A stretch of 64,000 nucleotides of DNA from Podarcis tiliguerta (Eukaryota): NCBI GenBank assembly GCA_965153285.1, contig OZ229115.1, one strand, 5' to 3'. The notes under the pieces were generated by a model. The model was not told where the DNA came from. It saw only the letters and a program-made list of their open reading frames with translations, and did not search any database. Positions 36,155 through 50,028 of this stretch are shown one piece after another. Positions within the stretch are counted from its first letter, which is position 1. Every line of letters begins with the position of its first letter. Position numbers and translations under genes: made by a program.

Positions 36155-39100
36155 AAAGCAACAAAGCATGCCTGATCCATTTAAAAAAATATTCATAGAA
36201 GCGTTGTATGGGGTGGGGTGGGGGATACAACACTAACAATATGGCAGTGGATTTCATCAGTGTGTTGTAATCTATATTTACAAAACTGTAACTTGTTGCA
36301 TTTTTACCATGTCCTAGTAGCAGCAACATTGCCGCTTCAATGTTCTGTGTCGTGCTGAAGCATTTCACTGTTGAAGCAAATTTAGAAGCCATATTAGATC
36401 ACAGGCTGCCAGGATCCTGAAACTGGGATTGGCTGACAGGTGATCCCCAGTCTCTCCTCTCCCTCGCTAATGTTTCCCCGCCTCTGTCTTTGTCTATCGT
36501 GCTGTCCATGTCTTACGTTATTCCTGGGGACGTTTCTGCATGACAGAGACCCAACTTGGAGGCTGTGACTTCACTTTGGGTTGGAGCTCTGAAGGAAAGC
36601 CGTCAAGTATAGGCCTTTCAACACTGGCTGCGAATAACATTGTTCTGAAGTTCTTTCTTGCTCAACAGTCAGGATTAGCTTCAGCATTTGAGGCAGCCAT
36701 TCAGGGATCAAAACACCCTGGCAGATCACATCAGTGCTGGTGTCTCTTTTAACCCTCTTGTCCACCCATCTTCCCCAGTTGAAGGCTTATCCAGTGGCAG
36801 TGGATGGATCTGGGAAGACCACTGTCAATACTTTCCCATGATGCCCTGGAACACCCAACATAGCATTATGGGAAATTTCAATGGGAGGCTGCTTCTTAGC
36901 CACCTCAACTGCTGCCAGATAAGCCAATAATTTTTCTTAAAAACCACAATTGGAGCAGTGGGCAGGCATGGGGAAGGTCTATAGTTCCTGTATCAGCATG
37001 ATGTGTTCATCTAGAGCAGGAACAGCTATTGCAGAACCCTCTGGGTGTTTTCAGACTCCCAACTCCATCAGTCTCAGCCACCTTGAGCTGTAGTCCAGTA
37101 ATGGCTGGATGACACCATGCCCAGAGGAAGTTTTGGGTAGTGGATGGGAAGGACTCATAGGGAATACTGCTCACCTTGGGGAGGAGAAAAGTGGGGTAGT
37201 TTATTTCAAGCTAGGCCAGACAGTGACCCGGTTGAGGCAAAACTCTCATATCTTCTTTGAATGCATGTTTAGCAGAGCAGGAAGGGGCACACCTGCATTG
37301 GCTGTGAACCCCCAACATGCAGTTAAAAGTCTGAACATGGCCCATCGATACATGGCAGGGCTTCACAGGAATCTTATCTGGTCAAGGATTTCCCATTGTG
37401 TGTTCACTGCCAGTGAGGTTTTGTCTGAACAAGGGGCTGTCTGTGGGGGAAAAGGAAAATGGTGGCATCCTCAAGCAATGAGATTGCTGGGCCCTTTAAG
37501 CTACTTCTGTAACACCCAGTTCTGAAAGGAATTATAGGACTATTTTTTGAAAAAGCCTCTGTTCCAAGCGATTGTTGATCCAAGTTTTCTGGCCATAGCA
37601 CCACTCCATGAGGTGTGTGTTGTGAATGTGCTTGGCAAAAAAACCCCACACCCAATATAGTGCGAACTGGGCTGTATCTCAGCTTATCACCAGCACTATA
37701 AAACTGCAGGATGACATCAAAAAAGCGGCAGGTAGCAGGAACGTTATGGATGGATGGAGTACAGATTTGAACATGATGACCCAGGTCACAGAAGGCTACT
37801 AAAATCTGCTCCTATCCTTCATGCAGGTGTATAGTGCAATGTGGCAAAATGGGATTGTTAAAGGCAGCACTTCAAGGAACAGTTTGAAAAGTTGGCAAGT
37901 CCATTTGAGGGGTGGCAGATATACAGAACGTAAACTCAAGAGGTGGCCTAGGTGACACCCACCCACACATCCAAAAAAGGCTAGAGAAAGGCTTCAGACC
38001 TTTGATATTCTGAGGCAAGGCTTTTGCTTCCTTTGCCTCCTCTTCCAGCCAGGCTCCCTGTCACATACAAACGTCCTGAACCAACTCATTTCTTGGCCCC
38101 ACTTCATTCCCACCATTTCTGGTGCAGCCTGAGCTCTGCAGCACTGACCTCCAACCCCCACCCCTCTCTGCAGGAAGCTGCTTTTAATGCTCCCTTTCCT
38201 GTCCTCATGTGGACCGTTTCTGTCTCTATTGTTAAATTGTTATTTTGTAATGATATGCGTCTCCTTATTAAAGAAACTAGCTGAAAGACCCAGCCGTTCT
38301 CTGTTTTCCTTACATAAGTGCATTTTTCTTAATAGGAATACTTATTGGATCTCAGAATTAGGAGAGACTCCGCTGGAGGACAAAGTCCCTTTACAGAAGA
38401 GGGGATTTTGGCAGAGATCCCATGTTCAAAAGAAATCGGTGGATAGTGAAGGGAGAACCATCCCTGTTTGCATTTTCAAAACAACTTACACAGTAGAAAC
38501 ATCCAACAGGCAAATCAGTGATTCAAGTGTCAGGTGTCATACCTTTCTCATGGAGTCATCTCATATATTACATCCAGTGTTGTCGTCGTCTTCTTTGGCA
38601 ATCACTTGTAGCCAAGGAATATTGTCTTCCATGAATATGGGCTTAACAGTGTGTCCACAGATGGCTGTGGAGGCCAATTCTGGATCTGCACATCTTTCCA
38701 CAGTGGGGACATAGGTTTCCGGGTAGGAGCTGATAGGGATTTGCCAAACATGCCTTCCTCTTAGCTCGTTTCTCCCTTTCATCCCGAGTTCGTGCTTCAA
38801 AATCCTTGATGCCTTTGGTCGAGGCTGCTCTCCATCTATTACATCCACTGTCGCAGAATTCTGCACTGTACCAATGCAGACTGCAGGGGTGATCCTATTA
38901 ATGCACTTCCCATATTAGCAATTTTTGAAAAGGCCATGGAGCAAACTATGAGGGGAAAAGGACTGCCCTTTGCCCAGTGGCTAATTTGCTATATGCAGGC
39001 AGCTTTTAATTGTTATGGGGAGGGGGGCTGGCGGGGGGGCACTGAAGACTTCATTAATCTAATGACAAAATAGTTTCAAAATAACTGAAAATCCTCAACA

Positions 39101-39219
39101 GAGCATAACATGTAGCTTCTGTTCTATTCATTTCTAAAAAGTATGTGTTGGCAAACATTCAGCTCAAGCAAAGGCTTTCCACTTTTTAGTCAATTTCAAC
39201 TCCCATGTATGGAAGGCAT

Positions 39220-39281
39220 AGGTAAAGGTAAAGGGACCCCTGACCATTAGGTCCAGTCATGGCTGACTCTGGGGTTGCGGC
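39220..39281 (-). mobile_element. Sauria SINE 3' fragment
   Basis: AGGTAAAGGTAAAGGGACCCCTGACCATTAGGTCCAGTC..GGGGTTGCGGC is the reverse complement of the SINE tail. Confidence 0.88.
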
Positions 39282-39651
39282 ATTAGCCATTAGATATAAA
39301 AACATGGCATATTGCCATTGTTCCATTCATATGTCTCTTTATCACAGTTCAACAGCCCCTTCATATTGTCCTGGTCCATATTTCCAATGGCAAGGAAATG
39401 TAGCAAATGCTAAGTTAAGAGAGATGATAGGATCTACATCACTTGGCTCCTCATGCAGTTTCATTGAGACGTGTTGCTATTATTTTTGGCCACTGCATCA
39501 AGTTTCCCATCTGACTAAGACAAATGTAACCTTAGTTCAAAGCAAACATTCATGAGGAGATGGGGAAACTTCTACTTCCCCCAGTGACTCACCAAAGCAT
39601 CCTGAGACCATGCTCTCCCTATTAAGATAGACTCAGGCTGTGTTAAAGCAC

Positions 39652-39657
39652 TTTATT
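39652..39657 (-). terminator. Candidate PPP1R12B poly(A) signal
   Basis: TTTATT (AATAAA on minus) at the end of a U-rich minus-strand tract; implies a ~5.8-kb 3' UTR (45454 to ~39635). Confidence 0.5.
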
Positions 39658-42600
39658 CATTTATAAATACTGTTGTGTTTACAAGCATCATAGATGTGAA
39701 TATTATCCCCAAACTTTCAAACATATACTTAGAATACTATATAACAATCAAGAAAACAAAAACCATTCATCTCAAGAGTTTGAAAGGCCACTCAAAAAAT
39801 TGCATAAAAATACATTCTTTCTCATCACTCACAGGCTAGTCTTTTCTCCAAGTAGTGTATTTACAACAATCTGTAAAACTCTCCTTAAAACAGGTAAGTA
39901 CAGAATACTTGCAGCTTGGGAAGTTAGCGAGCCAAGTGCATAACACCACTCTTTTCCACGAGTTAGCATTTGCAGAGGGGACTTGTTACTAGATTCCTCA
40001 ACAACATGATGGAAGCAAGGGGAAGGGACAACACAAGAGGCCCTGTGGCAACAGCTTGGGCTGTGCTGTTTTTCAAGAGTATTTACTGAGAACACCCTGA
40101 AAGTCACATACGCCAAGGGTCCAATTTGCCCCAGGAAAAGAGAGAACAGTTGTCAGGGGAAAGGAACAGAGGAAGAAAAGAATTGCCCCTAGGAATTGGG
40201 TTAAATTTCACCTGTGAGCTGCTTGTGGAGTTAATCTTGGTAAAAAGCCCTTCACGGAACATGCTGCTTCTAGGAGAATCATGCAAAAGGATTTCCAAAC
40301 ATGAAGGCGATCATGATCCAAACCTAAGTCACTCAGGCGAAAAGGCCTTGGGGAGTCTGCTAGCTTGAAATAAACTTAAAATTGCCTTTTGAAACAGGCC
40401 CCTTAACATTGCTGAAGGAAGGAGTACATCCAAAAATGCTGGACTTTGAGCTGAGAAGCTGCCTTGTGTGATAGGTGGGCTAATATGGCAGGAGTGAAGT
40501 AGAATAAAGGGAAACAAAGATGAAAGTAGGGGGCATCAGTGTGAGTGCAAAGGACAAATTTCTATCTCGGGGTGGGCGGGGGGAGACATTTCTACCTTCT
40601 GACTCGCTTGCAAGGAGTCCCAGCAAAACATGATCACTCTCAGATACAGATGAACACCCATTCAAAAAAATTGGAGACATGTTTGTTAAGGAGAATCTGC
40701 ATTTGAATCAAAGTGGGAATTTGGAAGTTGTCCAGAAACGTGCTAAGATCCTGCTCACAAACAACTCTTAATTCAGAAAGAATTATAGTGGTTATGGGAG
40801 AAAGCAAACATGATACAGTAGAGATCATCTCTCAAGTATATTTTGATTTCAATCATGATTTCTATTCACTGTCAGTAAATCCCAGGCCTTTGCGACCTAC
40901 TATCACCTGGTAATGGCAGAATTGGCAGGGCAGGTGGGAGATATTCAGTCAATATCCTTTGTGGGGGAAAGGACTACATTCTGCTCTTTATCATCTACAG
41001 GCATACATTAAACTCACCAGCCTTGGGAACAGACTAGCTATTCTCTAATGAAAAACAACTGTTAAGTCTCCCAAGTACAATCAGGGAGTTGCATACGATT
41101 TGACCTATTGGCAAATATCATCATGGCGAGACTTATCATTCCTGGTTATCCCATGAGAATAAGACTTTTAAATGCTAATGAACAACCACTGACTGGATTG
41201 TATCCACAGCCCTTAAAAGAAGTCAGTCCTATGGCATCAAATACTTTGCTATCAGATTTCTATAGACTGGCTTCTGATAATAATTATTCCTATGTGGACT
41301 AGAAACCACCAATAAATCTGAAATTAGCTGATTTGATAAAACACAGTGCACTCTTAAACCCTGACTTACTGAAGATGACTGACTGAATTATATCTGGTCA
41401 GATCTCTAGAGCCGTTCTTTAATTCCTTCCATTAACAGTAAATCAATATGGACAGCGCACAGATGCTGCATCATCAGCTGTCACAAAATACAGATCAAAT
41501 CAAGTACACATGCTCTTGCAGCTCTAAATCTACCCCCCACTTAAAATTCCATTTCCATTCCACTGGTTAAGAGTTCTCTGCATATGACAGCTGTTCATCC
41601 ATATTATTCATGTTGCATTTTAGCAGTACAACACAACCTCCTTTAATGCAAGGCATTCAACCACAATATGTCAGCTCTCAATACTACTTCTGTATCTGCA
41701 TTTGTTTCCTTCAACTTGGCCCTTTTTGCATGCCTCTAGTTTCTTCTGAAACTTTGCTTCAGACCAACAAGCCACCGCACATAAACCTCGCGTTCACAAT
41801 TTGCAAGCAATGAAATCCGCTCCTTCCTTACTCCAAGCTCTGCTTCTTATATCCAAAAAAGGTTTCTAAGACCTTCGACATGCAAGTACGTCTTAGGATG
41901 TACACTGAGCTGTAGAAGCTTCTGGGAGTAAGAAAGCAGTAAGGCGGAACAGTTTAAAGAAAAACCACCCAGTGCCTTCCAGTTAAAAGCTCTCACAGCT
42001 CACAGAATAAACTTGCAGTGCTTTCTCCGCATAATTTGTACTTCATGTAGAGAATATTCTAGCAGACTTCACAATTATAACTAACATTATATAAAATCCA
42101 TTGGAACACTAAAACGCACCAGTACAAAGCAATCATAATTCAGTAGCAGTAATATTTTCTCTCTGGGTTTTCTTAAAAACAGGCACGAATTTGCTTATGA
42201 GTGGACTGTCCTGAATTGTCTACTCCCTTGGTTAAAACATTATATTAAAACAATAGCCTGCATTTGAACAATCATATATCAGCTTAATCAATCAAGATAT
42301 GATTTTGCTCCTGTACACAGCCCCTCGGCTGCTCCCTTTTGAGTGAGTTGTGCTTCAACAAGGGCCTTTATTTACCAGTGTTTTCCAGTTTGTGAAACTA
42401 TGGCTACCAGCTTTGGAACAAGACAGGATTGTCAAACCAAATTCAAACTAAGATTTAAGATCCAGGCTTTCCCCCAAGTTATTCCTGGTTTAGTCACAGC
42501 TTGGACAAAATAATAGCATGAGGGGGGGGGGGGCAGAACTCTCATTCATACCTCAGTTTTTTAAGGTGAGATAGTTGTCCAATCCAGGCCAGTGTTAACT

Positions 42601-45454
42601 TTAATACTGGAATAAGAATGGGTTCTCAGGTGATTGGTTTAGGGAAGCCTTACTAAGGAAGACAAAGCTATGTATTAAAATAAGTAAAAAATTGATCATC
42701 TGTTACATGACATGAAGCCCAGAATGTCAAGACACAGGATACTTGGAGGGCAACACTGATATTGGTGACCCCCAAAAATTATCTGCTTAAGTTACTTTCA
42801 GTAGCACTAGACATCATAGTGTTTTGGCTTGTCAACAGGATTAATTTGCTCACGTGATTTCAGGCTGGACAGAATTCAAGTTTAAATATCAAATCCCAAC
42901 GTTAAAAAGGCTCAACTTCATAGGTCACCATCCTTCATGCTGTATCAATGTGGCCATCTGTGGTCCTTCAGATGCTGCTGGAGTCCAACTCCCACCATCC
43001 CTGGCCATGTTGTGTGGGGCTGGGGGGAACTGGAGCCCTCCAACTTCTGCAGGGCCACAGGCAAGCCATCCTTGCTGCATTAGCCACCATAGTCTGTGTC
43101 TTTTAAAGTCCGCACATTGAAACTGTGAGATATGCTTAACCTACTGTATGCTTAGTGAGAACTGGCAACAGGAGAATGTAGGGATCATTATAGAATGGAC
43201 CATAAGCACCAGATGCCTTCTCCTTCTGTCCTATTAAATGATTATTCACGGCAGAGTCCGAAAAAGTTCAGCCAAATACTCTCACCGGTGTAAAATCAGC
43301 TAGACTGGTGAGCTAGAATGCTTGAACTGGAAGATACCACTCACAGAGATCAGTGCATGTTGTGGACAATATAAAACAACCCCCACAAGCCTATCTATCT
43401 CTGAAACAAGGTTGTTAGGAAGGTAACTGTTGAAGAAAAGCACTGGATGTAAGAAAAGCAACACATACAATTAGTAGAGTATAAGAGGTTGTACCAGATA
43501 ACTTATCTGACCCATCCAGAATCCTGACTATCTGCTGTTCTTAAAATGAAACATGTCAGAAAATATTTCTGGTGCTTCTTTTGTAAAGCAATAGTTTGCT
43601 AGGAACTCGGATTTTACCTTGTTTTTGTTCAAAGGGACAAGCTATGTTCACCATAGTAGAAGCCTGAATTAGTCTTTTGAGATGCTTCTATGCAAAGATG
43701 ATATCCACTGAATTCATACAGTTCTACTCAGAAATGGAGTGCAAACATATGGAGTCTCCATACTTGAGTGAAACAGATTTCTAATCGTGCAATGGGACTT
43801 CAACGTCCTCTCCTTCCTTCTGAAGTCCCTGGTATGCCCTCAAACTTGCTCAAGGGTTGAGGGGCCCCTCTGGAGATTCTGAGAGTGCATGGGGGTAAGA
43901 AAGGAAGATGAAGTCTTGCTGAATCTCTTTGCACAATTCTGTCTTCATCTCAGAGCTGATCCGTAACTGATCAAAAAAGCACCTTTCCCCTCTGATAAAT
44001 GCTGAATGAAATGTCTGAATTTCTACTGCTCACTTGTATGCTTTCAAGAGTAGTTATTCTCAGATCCCAAAGTTCCTTATTTTAAATAATTGTGAGAATT
44101 AAAAGAATGAACAGAGCAAGTCCACTGGCAAGTTGCCATATTGACAGAAAACTCCTTAACAGGTATTGCAGATGAAATCTGGTTCTCTGTAGTATCCAGA
44201 AGAACAGAGCGTGCAAATTAGTTACATCATGATAACCCATAAACATGAATTCGTTCATTTCCAGTATGCAGAGAAATGGCTTTTTAAGAAATGTGGGTCC
44301 TGCTGTTGATGCCCTCATTACAACTGCGCAAATGATCATGGTATCAAAATTCTCAGACATCATAGAATGCTACTGCAAAGACTTTCCACCAAGATTGAGG
44401 CTCATCATTTTCTACAGGAATATGCACATCTATCCATCATCTCTCAAACCTTGCTGTTGTTAAAACTGAGAACACTCACCTATTCAACGGAATGCATATC
44501 TATTGGCAAGTTAACATAAATGTGATTTGTTTGCCCAGGTCTTTTGTGAGGTTTTTCATGTAGAAAAACCAAACATCTTGCTAATAAAGAAGTATTTTGG
44601 CATTGTGTCTATGGGATTTCATTCAATAAGCACTTTTTGCTGGTTAGCTCTCTTTCCACCAGAAGTCTTGAAAAATCAAGGGGCAAACTGTTAGCCAAAG
44701 AATGCAGAGGCTGTAAGATCACGTTATTATTAAACAGTACCAAAGAAGGCACCCATGGAAAAAACAGCAAGAACCATCAAAGGGTAGCAGGCAAAAGTGA
44801 AGCAAAACAGAAAGGAGAACCAGTGATTGGATCCCCAAATTAAATTATCAAAAATCTTACATTAAATAAATCAGTTAGCTACTGTGACACATGGAAAACA
44901 CGAATCTCCAAGCCAAGTGACTGTTGTCAGACTCCCAGAGAAATAAGTCATCATGGCTTTCACCAGCACCGCAGACTTCCAAATTCCAGAATGGAGATTG
45001 ATAAATCCTCAGTGGCAATTCCTAGTTTCACTCATTATTCCTACTCCAAGACAGTATCTTAAGACATGTTGGGTCAACACTATGGAGTCACTTCTATATC
45101 ACTTCTTACAGTAGATTCTTCTTTACATCAGATTATGGTGGACGGATATGGAGCTTACAGTAGATCGTTTGGGCAGCTCAGACGGTGCCAACCCAGTCTT
45201 TGTCCCTTCAAATGAGTTACTTCAACATTCCAAAAATATTAAAACATGGCGGGGCATGCTGTGTTGGGGGGAAGGATAAGCACTGTGCAATATGGGAATG
45301 CCTAGCAAGGTGCAAAGAGCAGTGAAGGGTGGGGCTAGCTGATCCGTGTCTGAAATGCCAGCTGCTCTTTCAACTGGAAGATCAGAAGCAGGTGGCAGGG
45401 TTGGCAGCATGTGCACACATATCTCCTCTTTCTGCCCATCCTATGTTCAATATA

Positions 45455-45541
45455 CTACTTCGAGAGTTTACTGATGACACGGATGAGGGCTCCATTTTCA
45501 TCTTTCAGCCGCTGATTGTCGGACTTCAGTTCTGTCAAAAC
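45455..45541 (-). CDS. PPP1R12B: PPP1R12B (MYPT2) terminal coding exon, canonical leucine zipper
   Basis: AACAG acceptor; [28 protein letters not shown]. Confidence 0.97.
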   Translation of the reverse strand, partial: VLTELKSDNQRLKDENGALIRVISKLSK

Positions 45542-48500
45542 CTGTTCAAAGACAAGATCCAAACAATTCAGTATTGGTTGTCCTGAAATCCCTATGTAGC
45601 TCTGGTGGGGGAGAAACACACGACTACTCAAACGAAAGCATTTCTAGTGTTAATCGAAAATGGATTTGATCTCAAAAGCAACTAAGCCACACCAACAAAA
45701 TGTATCCGTTTCATATTCATATCTCTGAGATTAAACGTGAATTTGACTCTTCCATTCTCACATATACAGAGGAGCATCTACTTGAGTGAGTATATTAGAT
45801 TAGGCATCACACTCGTGGACATTTGTAAGCCCAGGAAATTATACCCAGAAATATTATGAGAAAGAAGTACATTTTGGAGAACAATGGCAATCTAACACAA
45901 CTTGAAAGGCATTTCACCCTGGACAATGCTACTTGCACTCTTTCGCTTTACTTCACTTTGGGAAATGCACTTGCCTTGTAGCATTGTTCCTTCACACCTG
46001 GATAAATCCCATGCAAAAGAAATCTCTCACTTTTAAACTCAGAAGGGAAAGTTGCATACTTTCAGAAAACTTAGGATTGGTTCACACATTATACTTCCAT
46101 GTGCAGAGTCACAATTACAGCCCAACAGTGGGGTTGGGTGGGATTTCTGTTACATGCTGTGTGCCTCTATTAATGTCTTTTTCAACATATGCAAGCAATA
46201 GTCAAGAAGGGATACTTTGCTCACAAGGTCTCGGTATTATCATGCACATTTATGATTCAAATCTATCCTTGCACCCCACCCACACCACTTAGGAAGCAGC
46301 AATTTATGCAGGTGGATTCACTTTTGGAAAGTTACGGTAACCTCCAGCCAGTAGTTTTTCCACTGACAGTAGGCACCCAATTATGTTTCGGGCAAATTAT
46401 GAAATACTAGCAACATCATACCCGGCATTGCTCAGGAAACAAAAAACAAAAAAACAGAGCAGTTTTGAAAGGTTCCGTCTGCATCTTGATTCAAAATGGC
46501 ATCCAGAAAGCCTACTTCTTTATCTCAGGAACAACTAATCAAAATATACAGTAGATCATAGACCAGAACTGGACTCTTTAAATAAAATAAAATATCTCTT
46601 TGATTAACAACTAATTTACGAGATAAAAGTTTTGTTTTAATGTAATATATTTATATATTGCATTAAAAGTAAGGGTTAGTACTGGGTGCCTAGAAATGCT
46701 AAGTGATTTGGGGCAAGGACAACCAAGAGTGATCTATTTTGGGCCATGGCTTAAGTCTGGAATTCTTATGCCTTTACTAATTGAGGTATGCAGCACATGG
46801 TTAATTATGACAGCTTGCTTTCCAGACTCCTGAGCATTTTGCCAGCCCCTCAAGCTCCCAGGAATTCCTAGAGGTTGGCCTCTGTTGAAATAAATGACCA
46901 GGTGCTTGGCCTGATCAGGGATATTGAAATGATGCACAACCTCTATCCCAGGGAGAAGAGACTAGGTCAAGATAAAGCCACAAAGGACACTCCAGGGGGA
47001 GGTGGGCCATGTTATGTGCACCTTTCTGCACACAGACTTATTGGGAGCCTGTTGCTAATGGGAATACATGACTGACAGCTTGCTGACCTTGCTATTTTGA
47101 CACAGGACAGGATAAGAAGTACACACACTCTCCTCCATCCATGCCAACATGGTGACCCTTTGACCTAGCCTAGCAATGAGAAGGGTAAAGAGGTACAATC
47201 CCAAATCCTGTTCAGTGTTTCAATTTTTATACAGTACTTGGCATTCTGAATATTTAGAAAGGCAACCACCACAGATTTATTGTCAATACTGGAGGGACAA
47301 AATTTATGATTTGCTACAGGTAACTGAGATGCTGCAAATTTAGGACATTTTGCAACAGATGTAGTCATATTTATTTGACCATTCAGTAGCAACAAAACCT
47401 TAATGGTGAGGTATTTTTCATCCCAGGTTAGCAGAGTTCTTTAATATTTGCTTGAAAATCGCCAAAAATTGCAAACAGAGATTGGAATGGTATTGGATTT
47501 ATAAAATCAGCATTCAACTTTTCTCTTTGTGGGGCCTGAATATGCAAATAGGTTTCCAGTATAAAAATGATAGCTGAACTTCATAGTTTCATCCTGAGCT
47601 TCACACGAGGTGTGAATAGTTAATGTTATATAGGCAGTTATAGGATGAGCCTGCAAACAACAGTCAAACATACACTTTCTAGAATGTCTCAAGCAACTTT
47701 GACAAGTACAACCATTATTTTCATTTTATAATAGGAAAGCAAGGCCCAAGTGAGATTATTAACAAAAAATGGAGTGTCAGAACAAGTTCTACCATCAGTC
47801 CAATGGCATCCTTCAGTAGTTCCTTCAAAGCAAATTAGCCCAAACATGAGAGATGACTGGTCTAACTAGGGTAAGGAGGACAAAATGATTAATGTGTAAT
47901 TTACTACACAACACATCTGGTGTTCCCCAAAACTATTATGCAGGATTCACTACATGATATCCATTAAAAACATTCACACTAAACACAAGCTATGAAAATA
48001 TATGTATGGGGGGAATCAACGAGCTTTAGTGGTGTTTCCATGAATACCCAGAAAAGCACTTTTCTGCATGTACAGTACAAATGTAGATCCCAGGTATATT
48101 AAGTAATACAACTGTGAAATAGAAGACAAAGTGCCTGAATGGTATGTCCCTGTAATGTTTAGCATCTGCAAAGAAACATGGTACCTTATAGTGACATTTC
48201 AGTCAGATGAATTGCAACATACAGGGAGAAAGTATCAAAGGACCACATCTTTGCTTTGTTGCTTCACTGAAGTAAGTTCTCAAGAGGAAAAGACTTACAC
48301 TTTTGCATTAGAGCTGCTATATGTAGCAAGCGTAGCATGCCAACCTATAAGACACCGAGCACATAAAACAAACACCCTGTGCAACTTAAAAGCTTCAGGA
48401 GAGCTCAAAGCATCAGTAAAGAACATTATAACAAAACAATTGGTTTTATTTTGTTCATGTGTGCTTTGCAAAAAGCCATCCTAACTGGGTAGAATCTTTA

Positions 48501-48892
48501 TAGTGTTGAGAAAACCTGAGGCATTGACTGGGGGCCACTCAATTTTTTCTCCACTCACGCAAGCCTGACCTCTGACAAAGGCATCAATACTCATATCTTC
48601 CATGAAGCTATCTAGTCCTAAAAAAACCACACATCTATACCTACTTTTTCTGATGAACACATATCATTTATAAGCTTTACTATTCAAAAATGGCTTTCAT
48701 TAAATAAAAATGCTGCATGTTCTTTAATTTGTTGCCCTCCCCCATATTTAGTATTTTTTGGGGGGGGCAGTTATCTGTGTGGTATGAAAATTTTGAAATA
48801 AATAAACAAACATGAGGACTTGGATCTTTGTTTTGCAGTTTCCGGTACTTTCTCTCTCACAACTTACATGCACAATTAGCAGAAAAGCTTTA

Positions 48893-49244
48893 AAAAGGTA
48901 AAGGGACCCCTGATCATTAGGTCCAGTCGTGACCGACTTTGGGGTTGTGGTGCTCATCTCACTTTATTGGCCAAGGGAGCCGGCGTACAGCTTCCGGGTC
49001 ACGTGGCCAGCATGACTAAGCTGCTTCTGGCGAACCAGAGCAGCACACGGAAGCGCCGTTTACCTTCCCGCCGGAGTGGTACCTATTTATCTACTTGCGC
49101 TTTGACGTGCTTTCGAACTGCTAGGTGGGGAGGAGCAGGGACCGAGCAACGGGAGCTCACCCCGTCACGGGGATTCGAACCGCCGACCTTCTGATAGGCA
49201 AGTCCTAGGCTCTGTGGTTTAACCCACAGCGCCACCCATGTCCC
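48893..49244 (-). mobile_element. Sauria SINE (full length, young)
   Basis: CpG-rich near-consensus copy. TSD AAAAGCTTTA at 48883-48892 and 49252-49261. Confidence 0.93.
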
Positions 49245-49893
49245 GCCGTCTAAAAGCTTTAGATCCTTACAAAACCACAGCTAGAATACAGCCTACCTCC
49301 CCAATGACAAAACTGTGGTTTTTTTAACATTGCTGGATTACATCGGTGTTAGCTCACACCAGATACTACACCATTTCATAAAAATATTCAGTACAAACCC
49401 ATCTTTAACACTGAGCCGTATGTCCAGGTTCTGATCACTTACATATATTTTGTTAGTATTAATGATATCCTACATTTACCTTCAGAACTGCATTATTCTT
49501 TTTCACAGTCATGGAAACCAGGTGGCTGGATTTTAGTGTGTTTGTTCTGCCTCTTTCATTCATCCAGTGCTTACGCAACAACGCTTTAAAAAGGCAAAAT
49601 AAAGCCTGAATGAAACTATTATTAGGCTGGTGATCATCCTGAGATGCAGAACCCATATGGGGGAAATGTATACCTGAAAAGAAGTGACTGAAGTACCTTG
49701 TACGCATTAGAAATGCAAAGTTTAGTATATGAACAGGCAGTGACTTCCATACTGCTATTTGCGTGTCACGCTCCTTATCTGCCACATTTAGGAAGAATGT
49801 AGAAAGGGTAGGGAATAGCTCAGTCAGACAATAAGAGCAAAGACCTGCCTGGAAGATTGGAAGGAGAGGAGAGATCAACTGGAGGGGGAGATG

Positions 49894-50028
49894 CTATAGC
49901 TCTTCTGACTCTGGGGTCTCAGCGGATTGCGAGAGCCTGGCTACAACCCGGGTCAAAGCCCTGTTTTCGGCCAGCAGCTGCTCATTCATCTGCCTCAAAG
50001 TGTGAATCTGTTTGAGCTGGTGAAGGTT
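49894..50028 (-). CDS. PPP1R12B: PPP1R12B alternative C-terminal exon (second leucine-zipper tail of MYPT2/HS-M21 isoforms)
   Basis: TTTGCAG acceptor; [44 protein letters not shown]. Closely resembles the alternative human MYPT2/HS-M21 tail as recalled. Confidence 0.92.
   Translation of the reverse strand, partial: NLHQLKQIHTLRQMNEQLLAENRALTRVVARLSQSAETPESEEL

Larger units (their letters stand above)
30782..36170 (+). other. SYT2: Probable long SYT2 3' UTR
   Basis: Repeat-poor sequence after the stop. I saw no AATAAA until the cluster at 36084-36154 (one ATTAAA at 34080). The end point is inferred. Confidence 0.6.

Noticed and set aside
38187-38866. 175-aa plus and 101-aa minus ORFs in the intergenic gap
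   Set aside because: No family resemblance, non-ATG or weak starts and no convincing exon boundaries; cannot support a gene.
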